From: Eubacteriales bacterium
Lineage (GTDB): Bacteria > Bacillota > Clostridia > Oscillospirales > CAG-272
Length of the DNA: 64,000 nt
Reading direction: 5' to 3'
Assembly: GCA_045538685.1 (NCBI GenBank)
Contig: JAZSRX010000013.1
Coordinates: forward strand, 12,980 to 76,979
The notes below the pieces were generated by a model, which was given only the letters and a program-made list of their open reading frames with translations, made no database searches and was not told where the DNA came from. This document shows positions 8,895-16,664 of the stretch, in pieces (the stretch's first letter is position 1; each line of letters opens with the position of its first letter). Made by a program: the position numbers and the translations under genes.

Positions 8895-10580
8895 ATGAAT
8901 ATAAATAAGGAACTCTTGCAGTTTTATACCTACAAGAAGCTTATAAAAAGAAAAAAAGCACCCGAGATTCTCTCTGAGTGTAAGGCAAGAAAGAGCAGTG
9001 TAAGAGATTACCTTCTTGCCAAAGAGATGATAACCGAGGTAAGCGAGCTTGAAGCACGTGCTGCATACTATTGTATGCCCTGTGTTGAGATAGACATGCT
9101 TGATATAGACGACTCGCTCTTTGAGAAGTTCACTTATGATCTTATGAAAAAGCATAAGTTCATTCCTGTTAGCGAGGATAAGAACGGTGTTGTTCTGATT
9201 GCTACCGGTAAGCCAATGAACTGCCACGCACTGTCGGCTTTGTCCACTCAGCTTTCGGGTAAGTATGACTTTGTACTCGTTCCCCCCATCCAGATAGACA
9301 GATATATCGACTCTATTTCCGCAATGGAGTCTACTCAGAAGGCGGTTAAGGACCTGAAGAGCGAGAAGACAGACAAGCTTATTCTTGCCCTCGGCGGTGA
9401 GCAGTCTGTTTCCAGCGACAGCGAGGTTATTAACAACCCTGCGGTTCGTCTTGTAGACTCGATTATTAAAGAGGCGATCCCCTTCCGTGCCAGTGATATA
9501 CATATCGAGCCCTTCGAGCACAATGTAAAGGTTAGATACCGTGTTGACGGTGACCTTCAGGAACGTACCGACTTTCCCATTGAAGCATATTCGGCTATTT
9601 GTGCAAGACTTAAAATTATGTCAGGCCTTAACATAGCAGAGCGTCGTGTGCCTCAGGACGGACGTATCAATATGGTTATCGGCGGTAAGGAATATGACTT
9701 CCGTGTATCTACACTTCCTACCATTTTCGGCGAAAAGTTCGTTATAAGAATTCTGGACAAGACCTCTTTCCAGTTCACTCGTGCAGACCTTGGATTTACT
9801 CCCGAGGAGAACAAGCTTGTTGACAAAATGCTTGCCCGCCCTCACGGAATTATCCTTCTTACCGGTCCTACGGGATGCGGTAAGTCTACTACACTTTACT
9901 CCTTCTTAAAGGAAGTAAACCGCTCTGACGTTAATATTGTAACGGTTGAGGACCCCGTTGAGTATTCAATGGCAGGTATCAACCAGACACAGGTTAATGT
10001 TAAGGCAAATATGACATTCGCAGCAGCTCTTCGTTCTATTCTCCGTCAGGACCCCGATATCATTATGATAGGTGAGATTCGAGACGAGGAAACCGCCGAG
10101 ATTGCTGTTCGTTCGGCTATCACAGGCCATATCGTATTCAGTACCCTTCATACCAATGACGCTCCCGGTGCGGTTGTTCGTCTTAAGGATATGAAGGTTA
10201 AGGATTATCTTGTTGCAGACGCACTTGTGGGTGTTATCGCCCAGCGTCTTGTTAAGAGAATTTGTCCCGCTTGCAGAAAAAGAGGTAAGACAAACACTCG
10301 TGAGATGGAGCTTCTCGGCATTGATGAGCCAATAGTTATTTCCAGACCTCAGGGCTGCCAGTTCTGTAACAACACAGGTTACAAGGGCAGAATTGCCGTT
10401 CACGAGCTTATGTATGTAAACGACAGAATGAGAAATGCTATTCTCGAAGAGGAGAATATCGAGAGTCTTCGTAAGGTTGCGACCGAAAACGGCATGACAC
10501 CTCTTTGGACCAGCTGCCGTGAGCTTGTTTTCAAGGGTGTTACAAGTATTCACGAGCTTATGTCTCTTAACGTTGAATAA
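8895..10580 (+). CDS. pilB: type IV pilus assembly ATPase (GspE/PulE family)
   Basis: ASDIHIEP, RYRVDG, ERRVPQDG, Walker A GPTGCGKST, VEDPVE, LRQDPDIIMIGEIRD, TGH..STLHTND, CPAC/CQFC zinc motif. Confidence 0.97.
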   Translation: MNINKELLQFYTYKKLIKRKKAPEILSECKARKSSVRDYLLAKEMITEVSELEARAAYYCMPCVEIDMLDIDDSLFEKFTYDLMKKHKFIPVSEDKNGVVLIATGKPMNCHALSALSTQLSGKYDFVLVPPIQIDRYIDSISAMESTQKAVKDLKSEKTDKLILALGGEQSVSSDSEVINNPAVRLVDSIIKEAIPFRASDIHIEPFEHNVKVRYRVDGDLQERTDFPIEAYSAICARLKIMSGLNIAERRVPQDGRINMVIGGKEYDFRVSTLPTIFGEKFVIRILDKTSFQFTRADLGFTPEENKLVDKMLARPHGIILLTGPTGCGKSTTLYSFLKEVNRSDVNIVTVEDPVEYSMAGINQTQVNVKANMTFAAALRSILRQDPDIIMIGEIRDEETAEIAVRSAITGHIVFSTLHTNDAPGAVVRLKDMKVKDYLVADALVGVIAQRLVKRICPACRKRGKTNTREMELLGIDEPIVISRPQGCQFCNNTGYKGRIAVHELMYVNDRMRNAILEEENIESLRKVATENGMTPLWTSCRELVFKGVTSIHELMSLNVE

Positions 10581-10621
10581 TTTTTCACTAAGAAATTACC
10601 ATTTTTGAGAAAGGAGTCACC

Positions 10622-13339
10622 ATGTCATATCAGCATTTTTATTCTCGTGTACCCGCACGCGTAAGTCTTTATAACAGAAGAGATGGGTTCGACACCTTTG
10701 CTCAGTCTGCTGCTTTGAATCCGGATTTTGTTCTCGGCGAGCTTTCGGTGCTCTATGCTGACAAGCTTAATCTGCACGATCCGATTAAGGTAAGAAGGGG
10801 CGAAATTCCTGCTGTTTACAGCCAGACACCCCTGCCTTGCGGCGTTATTGCCCAGACGGCTATCGGATATATTCCCACCGACTTTACAGGCGAGCGAAGT
10901 GCATATCTTGCACACACACTTATCCTTACAGACGAGGATAGAGAGAAAATATTCAGAGACAACAGCAATAATATATTTAATCCCGGTATGTTTATTACCG
11001 ATATCTCGGGATTCAGCATTACTGCTACCAATGCTGTGGCTAATGCTAACTGTCAGGAGGCGATATACCGTCCTCTTGCCGCCGAAGATTATAAGGAGTA
11101 TATAGGGCAGTTTAATCCGGATATGGTGAAAAGCTTTATTTACTCGGTGCTTCTCGCTCTTTGTGAAGATGGCAGAGAGGTGTTCTTCCGCCTGCCCGGA
11201 GAAGATGCAGAGCAATCGGCAAATGCCGTTCGCTTTATTAACTGTATTGCAGGTCTTTTGCCCTATAACCTTCGCGAGAAAATCTCATTTGTCAGCTTTG
11301 TAAGCAACCCCGATGCTTATCCCGGATTTAAGATTAAGGGTGTTGGCAGCTCGGTTACCGAGATCAATCCCGAAAAGGGTGTGTTCTACGACTTCACTAC
11401 GGGTATGGTAACCGGACAGACGGTTGACTATGAAAAGAATCAGGTGTTTGCCTCGTTCTTCTATTCCTTCTATCAGTATCCTAAGATTAAAGAGGCATTC
11501 CATAAATTTGTACAGAGTGTATTTTTCGAATACGACTCGCTCACACTCAGCATCAGAACGGTAAAGGAGCTTTCCTTCCTGTTCTGGCAGTGCAGCGGAT
11601 TTTACGTTGAGGACTCGGTTCTTCCCTCAGACGAGGCAATTTGCGGTCTTTTCGATATCTATGAAAAATACCGAGAGGGACTTTCTGTTTCTCAAAAGGA
11701 GCAGAGCTATAAGTGCCTTGTAAGATACTCAAAAACACAGACTGCAATTCCCGACGGTGTGTTCTCCCGTCTTTCAGGACTTTATCCCACCGAGTGTAAC
11801 GAGGCAAAGGCGGTTGCATTAGATGTTCTTTTGCATATTATCCACCTTGACCTTATGCGTGAGACTATATTCTGTTTCATCAGCAGAAACTATCCTCACG
11901 AAACAGATGAGGTTCGTGCACTTATTATGTCTAACCTTGCAAGTGTATTTTACGGCGGATTTATCCAGCTTGGCATACTTGCTTTCTTTGATGCACACTT
12001 TGCAAATGAGCCGGAAAAGACGAAAGACGTTATACTTGACAAGCTTCTTCTTTCTATTCGCACACCCGAAATTCAGAGACATATTGTAACGGTTCTTGAC
12101 AGACATTATCAGACTTTAAGCGGGGCACAGAAGCTAAAAATTTGTGCTACCTGCCTTGAGATGATTCCCGTTTGCGATTCGCTCAGTGTGCTTTTGGTTG
12201 ACCTTGTAAACCGCCGCCTCGGACGAGAGGGCGGAGATGTGGCATCGCTTCTTGATTCCAAGCTTTCAGAGGCGATTTACTTCAGCATTGCTTCGGGAAA
12301 TAACACACTTTCAGAAATGCTTATCGAGCACCCCGGTTTTTGCGAGGAACTTGTGCTGAAATATGCCATCAGCAAGAGACAGGGATTTGAGAAGATTATT
12401 AATATGCTTGCGGCTATGCCTGCACACAAAAGGGCAGGGAAGCTTATCAGGGCATATAAGGTTGGAAAATCCATCGGCACCCAGCACTATTTTGAATTTA
12501 TCGGCAGATTTACCGAGATGCACGTAAATGTTGCTCCCTCAACTCTTGATGAGATTCTTCGTCAGGATAAGCTTGCTTCCATTACTCTGCCTAAAAGTGC
12601 TATTAACAGCTTCCGCGAGGCAGCAATTTATCCTGCGGTTCGCCGTACAATTTACCACGTGTTCAAGCCAATGTACGGTGACGGTCTTGAATATATTGCG
12701 AAATATGCGGAAAATCACCCTGCAATTCAGAACAGCGGCGAATACAAGTCGCTTCTTGAATATAATAAGCTGATCAGCAAGTGTAATCTTGGTGACGCAG
12801 AGGATGCCTTTAAGATTGCCGAGAGATTCCCCGAAAACGAGGAAATAAGATCGGATATTGCTGGCTATATCAAGTCTCACGCATATAAACCCGATATACA
12901 GGATCCCGAAACCTCGGCTGTTTACGAGACGCTTATAGATTATCTTTCGTCGGGCGAGTTTAACTTCGACGGTATGTATGAAAGATATGCCGAATATTAT
13001 GAGGCATTCTATTCCGAGGACGGAGGAATTATCGGCGGAATTAAGTCCGATCTTCGCGGTGTATCAAGTGCCATAGAGCTTTTGATCACAACCGCCTCAG
13101 GCATTTGCGACGCATCCGACGAGCTTGCAACCGCGGTTATGGACGATGATTCAGGTCTTCGTCAGGCGATTTCCGAGTACGTTTCCTTCTTCGGTCCCGG
13201 AGCCGGAATTGTTCTGAAGAAAAAGACACAGGATGCCTACTTTGAAATTGAAGAGCTTGTGGAACAGGTTATCGAGGACAGAAATGCAGGCATCAGCTCT
13301 GTTTCCGACGCGGTAGATTTCCTGCTCAGAAGAAAATAA
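10622..13339 (+). CDS. 905-aa hypothetical protein with GAP1-N2-like N-terminal domain and a long helical C-terminus
   Basis: QHFYSR...DGFDT.A.S and D.TGERSAYLAHTLIL resemble the GAP1-N2 pattern (QxxYT...GF...GR.gn...H.l); AAGGAG SD. Confidence 0.55.
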   Translation: MSYQHFYSRVPARVSLYNRRDGFDTFAQSAALNPDFVLGELSVLYADKLNLHDPIKVRRGEIPAVYSQTPLPCGVIAQTAIGYIPTDFTGERSAYLAHTLILTDEDREKIFRDNSNNIFNPGMFITDISGFSITATNAVANANCQEAIYRPLAAEDYKEYIGQFNPDMVKSFIYSVLLALCEDGREVFFRLPGEDAEQSANAVRFINCIAGLLPYNLREKISFVSFVSNPDAYPGFKIKGVGSSVTEINPEKGVFYDFTTGMVTGQTVDYEKNQVFASFFYSFYQYPKIKEAFHKFVQSVFFEYDSLTLSIRTVKELSFLFWQCSGFYVEDSVLPSDEAICGLFDIYEKYREGLSVSQKEQSYKCLVRYSKTQTAIPDGVFSRLSGLYPTECNEAKAVALDVLLHIIHLDLMRETIFCFISRNYPHETDEVRALIMSNLASVFYGGFIQLGILAFFDAHFANEPEKTKDVILDKLLLSIRTPEIQRHIVTVLDRHYQTLSGAQKLKICATCLEMIPVCDSLSVLLVDLVNRRLGREGGDVASLLDSKLSEAIYFSIASGNNTLSEMLIEHPGFCEELVLKYAISKRQGFEKIINMLAAMPAHKRAGKLIRAYKVGKSIGTQHYFEFIGRFTEMHVNVAPSTLDEILRQDKLASITLPKSAINSFREAAIYPAVRRTIYHVFKPMYGDGLEYIAKYAENHPAIQNSGEYKSLLEYNKLISKCNLGDAEDAFKIAERFPENEEIRSDIAGYIKSHAYKPDIQDPETSAVYETLIDYLSSGEFNFDGMYERYAEYYEAFYSEDGGIIGGIKSDLRGVSSAIELLITTASGICDASDELATAVMDDDSGLRQAISEYVSFFGPGAGIVLKKKTQDAYFEIEELVEQVIEDRNAGISSVSDAVDFLLRRK

Positions 13340-13353
13340 TTTTAATAAATGTT

Positions 13354-13380
13354 AAAGAGAGGCCTAAAAACCTCTCTTTT
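13354..13380 (+). terminator. intrinsic terminator closing the pilus/GAP1 unit
   Basis: AAAGAGAGG/CCTCTCTTT stem ending in Ts. Confidence 0.75.
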
Positions 13381-13383
13381 CTA

Positions 13384-13412
13384 TTGATTTTTCATATGTT
13401 TTGTGATATTAT
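13384..13412 (+). promoter_or_regulatory. putative SigA promoter of pepF
   Basis: TTGATT-17 bp-TATTAT with TGn extension. Confidence 0.5.
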
Positions 13413-13444
13413 TAGTGTATATTATTTATGAAAGGAAAGAAAAA

Positions 13445-15247
13445 ATGCTTGACAGAAAAAACATAGATCCCAAGTATAAATGGGATCTGACAAAAATATA
13501 TCCCACAGAGGACGATTTTAAGGCGGATTATGAAGAGGTTGCTGCTATTGTAAAGAATTTTCCCCAGCACGAAAAAACCATGTGCCAGAGTGCAAAGGGA
13601 CTTCTTGCCGCAATTAACGATGATGCAAAGATAGGTTATATCATCAGCAAGCTTTGGGTTTATGCTCACCTCTATTTTGATACCGACAACTCCAACAATG
13701 TTCACCAGGCAAGAATGGGCAGAGTTCGTTCTCTTGCTGTTTCGGCATCTGCTGCAAGCTGGTTCGTTGGTCCTTACATTCTTCGTCTTGACGAGGGAAC
13801 CGTTGAAGAGTGGTTTAAGGAAGAGCCCGGGCTCGAAACATACCGCCGTCTTATCTACAAGATTATGCGTGACAAAGCTCATACACTTAGCGATGAGTGC
13901 GAAAAGCTTGTTGCAAGTATGGGCGATGCTCTTGGTTCTCATAGCAACATTCGTGGTATTTTTGCAAACTCTGATTTACAATTTGGCAAGATTCGTGACG
14001 AAAACGGTAAGTATATGCAGCTTACTGACACAAATTATGTGCCTACACTTATGAAGCCCCAGCGTAATGTAAGACGTGCTGCGTTCAACTGCCTTTACAA
14101 GACCTACGGTCAGTTTGGCAACACCTTTGCTACTATGTATGAGGGATATGTTAAAGAGCGTATTACCTTCGCAAAAATCAACAAGTTCAAGTCCTCTATT
14201 GAGGCATCTACCTTCCGAGATGAAGTTACTCCCGTAATCTATAACAACCTTATTAAGTCTGTTCGTGCTTCACTTCCTGTAATTCACGACTATTATGAGC
14301 TGAAGCGTGAGGTTCTCGGCCTTGATAAGCTTCATCTTTATGATGTTTACACTCCTCTTATCGGCGAGTGTGAGAGCAAGTACACCTACGAAGAGGCGGT
14401 TGAAGAGGTTCTTGAGACAGTAAAGATCTTTGGCGAGGAGTATCACAGCACCCTTTCCGAAGGACTTAAAGAACGCGGATGGGTTGACGTTTATCCCTCC
14501 AAGGGCAAACGCGGCGGAGCATACAGCTCGGGCTGTCCCGGCACTGAGCCCTATATCCTTCTTAACTACAACGAGACCTTTGACGATGTTTCTACCCTGG
14601 CACACGAGGCAGGACACTCTATGCATTCCTACTTCTCCAGAAAGTATAACGAGCCCCACAACTCTGATTATACAATCTTCGTAGCAGAGGTTGCTTCTAC
14701 CGTAAACGAGCTTCTTCTTGCACACAGAAAGCTTGAAGAGTGCAAGAGCGACGCAGAAAAGCTTTCTATCCTTGACGGACTTATGGAAACCTATAAGGGA
14801 ACTCTTTACCGTCAGACTATGTTTGCAGAGTTTGAACGCAATGTACACCGTCTTGCAGAACGCGGCGAACCCCTTACCGCAGACGTTCTCAATAAGGAAT
14901 ATATGAAGCTTATTCGTGCTTACTTTGGTCCTAAGGTTTGGAAGGATAAGCAGATCGCATACGAGTGGATGCGTATTCCTCACTTCTACACAAACTTCTA
15001 TGTTTATAAGTATGCAACCTGTATCTCGGCTGCAAGTGCAATTGTAAAACGCATTGAAACCGAGGGCGAGGCATATGTAGGACAGTATATCGAATTCCTT
15101 AAGTGCGGCGGATCAAAGTCTCCTCTTGATTCTCTTCTTGTTGCGGGAATTGATATGAGCGATCCCAAGGTTGTTGACGGTGCGATTGAGGACTTTGCTT
15201 CTGCAATCAAGCAGTTCAGAAAAATCTACAACTCTCAGGCAAAATGA
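13445..15247 (+). CDS. pepF: oligoendopeptidase F (M3B)
   Basis: WDL..IY N-terminus, GKRGGAYS, PYILLNY, TLAHEAGHSMHS (HExxH), FVAEVAS..NE, W.RIPHFY..FYVYKYAT; GAAAGGA SD before ATG 13445. Confidence 0.97.
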   Translation: MLDRKNIDPKYKWDLTKIYPTEDDFKADYEEVAAIVKNFPQHEKTMCQSAKGLLAAINDDAKIGYIISKLWVYAHLYFDTDNSNNVHQARMGRVRSLAVSASAASWFVGPYILRLDEGTVEEWFKEEPGLETYRRLIYKIMRDKAHTLSDECEKLVASMGDALGSHSNIRGIFANSDLQFGKIRDENGKYMQLTDTNYVPTLMKPQRNVRRAAFNCLYKTYGQFGNTFATMYEGYVKERITFAKINKFKSSIEASTFRDEVTPVIYNNLIKSVRASLPVIHDYYELKREVLGLDKLHLYDVYTPLIGECESKYTYEEAVEEVLETVKIFGEEYHSTLSEGLKERGWVDVYPSKGKRGGAYSSGCPGTEPYILLNYNETFDDVSTLAHEAGHSMHSYFSRKYNEPHNSDYTIFVAEVASTVNELLLAHRKLEECKSDAEKLSILDGLMETYKGTLYRQTMFAEFERNVHRLAERGEPLTADVLNKEYMKLIRAYFGPKVWKDKQIAYEWMRIPHFYTNFYVYKYATCISAASAIVKRIETEGEAYVGQYIEFLKCGGSKSPLDSLLVAGIDMSDPKVVDGAIEDFASAIKQFRKIYNSQAK

Positions 15248-15257
15248 CATTTTTTGC

Positions 15258-15286
15258 TTGACAATTAATATTCAATATGTTATAAT
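15258..15286 (+). promoter_or_regulatory. consensus SigA promoter of the tRNA
   Basis: TTGACA-17 bp-TATAAT with TGn extended -10. Confidence 0.9.
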
Positions 15287-15317
15287 GTTTGAGGTCTTGA
15301 AACATAGACCTCAATAT

Positions 15318-15401
15318 GCGGATGTGGCGGAACGGCAGACGCGCTGGTTTCAGGTTCCAGTGTCGAGAGACGTGTGGGTTCAAATCCCGTCATCCGCACC
15401 A
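15318..15401 (+). tRNA. tRNA-Leu(CAG), CCA encoded
   Basis: Acceptor GCGGATG/CATCCGC, anticodon loop TT-CAG-GT, long variable arm, GGTTCAAATCC T-arm, ACCA end. Confidence 0.95.
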
Positions 15402-15442
15402 AAAAAAGACTGTAATTTTGATACAAAATTGCAGTCTTTTTT
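15402..15442 (+). terminator. terminator after tRNA-Leu
   Basis: AAAAAAGACTGTAATTTTG/CAAAATTGCAGTCTTTTTT inverted repeat. Confidence 0.85.
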
Positions 15443-15446
15443 AACT

Positions 15447-15611
15447 AAATCCGCCTTCGTCGGAATAAATCCACTTCGTGGATGAAATCACTTTGTGATG
15501 AAATCCCGATAACGCGGGGTTAATTGAGGCGGATTTGATTTCATCTGAGGTGGCACACCGAAGATTTCATCCGAGTTCACTCGGATTTCATCCTGCAAAG
15601 CAGGATTTCAT
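15447..15611. repeat. multi-hairpin REP-like element built of GATGAAATC / GATTTCATC units
   Basis: GATGAAATC at 15481 and 15497; GATTTCAT(C) at 15537, 15563, 15584 and 15604; outer pair AAATCCGCCTT/GAGGCGGATTT. Confidence 0.85.
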
Positions 15612-15754
15612 TAAATTTGTATGCTTTGTAGGGAGAGTTTTCGTCCTTGCAAGCCCTTTTTGTTTTTACCCGTAAAATATAAATCGTTCACTTTATACCC
15701 TTTTCGTTCAATTTATAGGGTATCGTTCAATTATTGATTTACTGAATAAAAAAC

Positions 15755-15783
15755 TTGACTTTAGTTGGATTTTATGCTATAAT
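15755..15783 (+). promoter_or_regulatory. SigA promoter upstream of the small membrane-protein gene
   Basis: TTGACT-17 bp-TATAAT with TGn extension. Confidence 0.8.
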
Positions 15784-15826
15784 AAACTCACAGATAAATA
15801 AGAATTTGACAAAGGAGTGTAGTTGT

Positions 15827-16048
15827 ATGAAGAAGTTAAATACTTTCTTAAACGGCGTGATGGCTGCTTTCTTGGGTACATTTATTGGATGCGGAATTTA
15901 TGAAGTTTGGAAATTCAAAACTCATCCCGAGTTATATGCCCCACAATCGGCTCCGTGGTATACGAATATATTGTTTTATGGTGTGATTACTCTTATCGCG
16001 TTACTCGTTTGTATTGTGATAAAATCAATCATTAAACGCAAGAATTAA
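15827..16048 (+). CDS. small two-TM membrane protein (73 aa)
   Basis: AAGGAG SD; two hydrophobic helices around YAPQSAPWY; basic C-terminus. Confidence 0.8.
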   Translation: MKKLNTFLNGVMAAFLGTFIGCGIYEVWKFKTHPELYAPQSAPWYTNILFYGVITLIALLVCIVIKSIIKRKN

Positions 16049-16190
16049 GAAGAAGCTATTATAAACTGACAAATTCCAATTTATCGAACTAATATAGGTG
16101 CAAAGCCTTTCATGGAAATGCACCCATAACGCTAAAATTTGCACCCATTTTTTAAATGGTATCAAAATTTTAGATTACTCACAAATAAGG

Positions 16191-16234
16191 AACAGTAGAT
16201 TGATACAATCGTATCGACCTACTGTTTTCTTTTT
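16191..16234 (+). terminator. long stem-loop with T-run
   Basis: AACAGTAG.TTGATAC/GTATCGA.CTACTGTT followed by TTCTTTTT. Confidence 0.6.
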
Positions 16235-16620
16235 ATCGCTTAAAAATAGCCGAAAGTCCTTGTAAATCAAGGGCTTTTTCTGGTTGGTGGTGCATTTCGG
16301 TGTTGGCGACATCAATATTCCGTGTCTTGGAAACCTTAAAATATAGAAAAGCACTACTCCCCGTCAAGGTGTAGTGCCTTCCTATCGTTAAAAGACCGCT
16401 ATTCGTTAAATTACACAACAAGATTTATCTCATATGATTGTTTTTACATCATATAAAACAGGCATCTGTTAAGGATGCACATGAAATCGTCTCGGATAGC
16501 CGAAGGATCTTGGTTTTATTGATTATCCTTCCGTAGCAGAAAGACTAACGCATCATTTTTTGTCATTCTTGCTCAAAAATGACAATAACTATTTACAAAA
16601 AGTCACTTTTTATGCAAAAA

Positions 16621-16649
16621 AACACCCCGATAGTAGTTATCGGGGTGTT
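16621..16649 (-). terminator. terminator of the DUF4886 gene (possibly bidirectional)
   Basis: AACACCCCGATA/TATCGGGGTGTT 12-bp stem; the flanking A-run gives a U-tract on the minus strand. Confidence 0.85.
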
Positions 16650-16664
16650 GATTTTTGTTGATAT

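Noticed and set aside
15318..15401. tRNA pseudogene or recoding tRNA (U31-U39 mismatch, two G-U pairs in the T-stem)
   Set aside because: Perfect acceptor stem, CCA, consensus promoter and terminator indicate an ordinary functional tRNA-Leu(CAG). The TTCAG loop reads CAG, not TCA.
15447..15611. possible mini-CRISPR array
   Set aside because: Repeat is only 9 bp, spacers are 7-17 bp and mostly self-complementary, orientation flips midway, and no cas genes are present.
16233..16421. 62-aa minus-strand ORF as a recombinase fragment
   Set aside because: No SD or recognisable recombinase motif; it overlaps hairpin-rich non-coding DNA.
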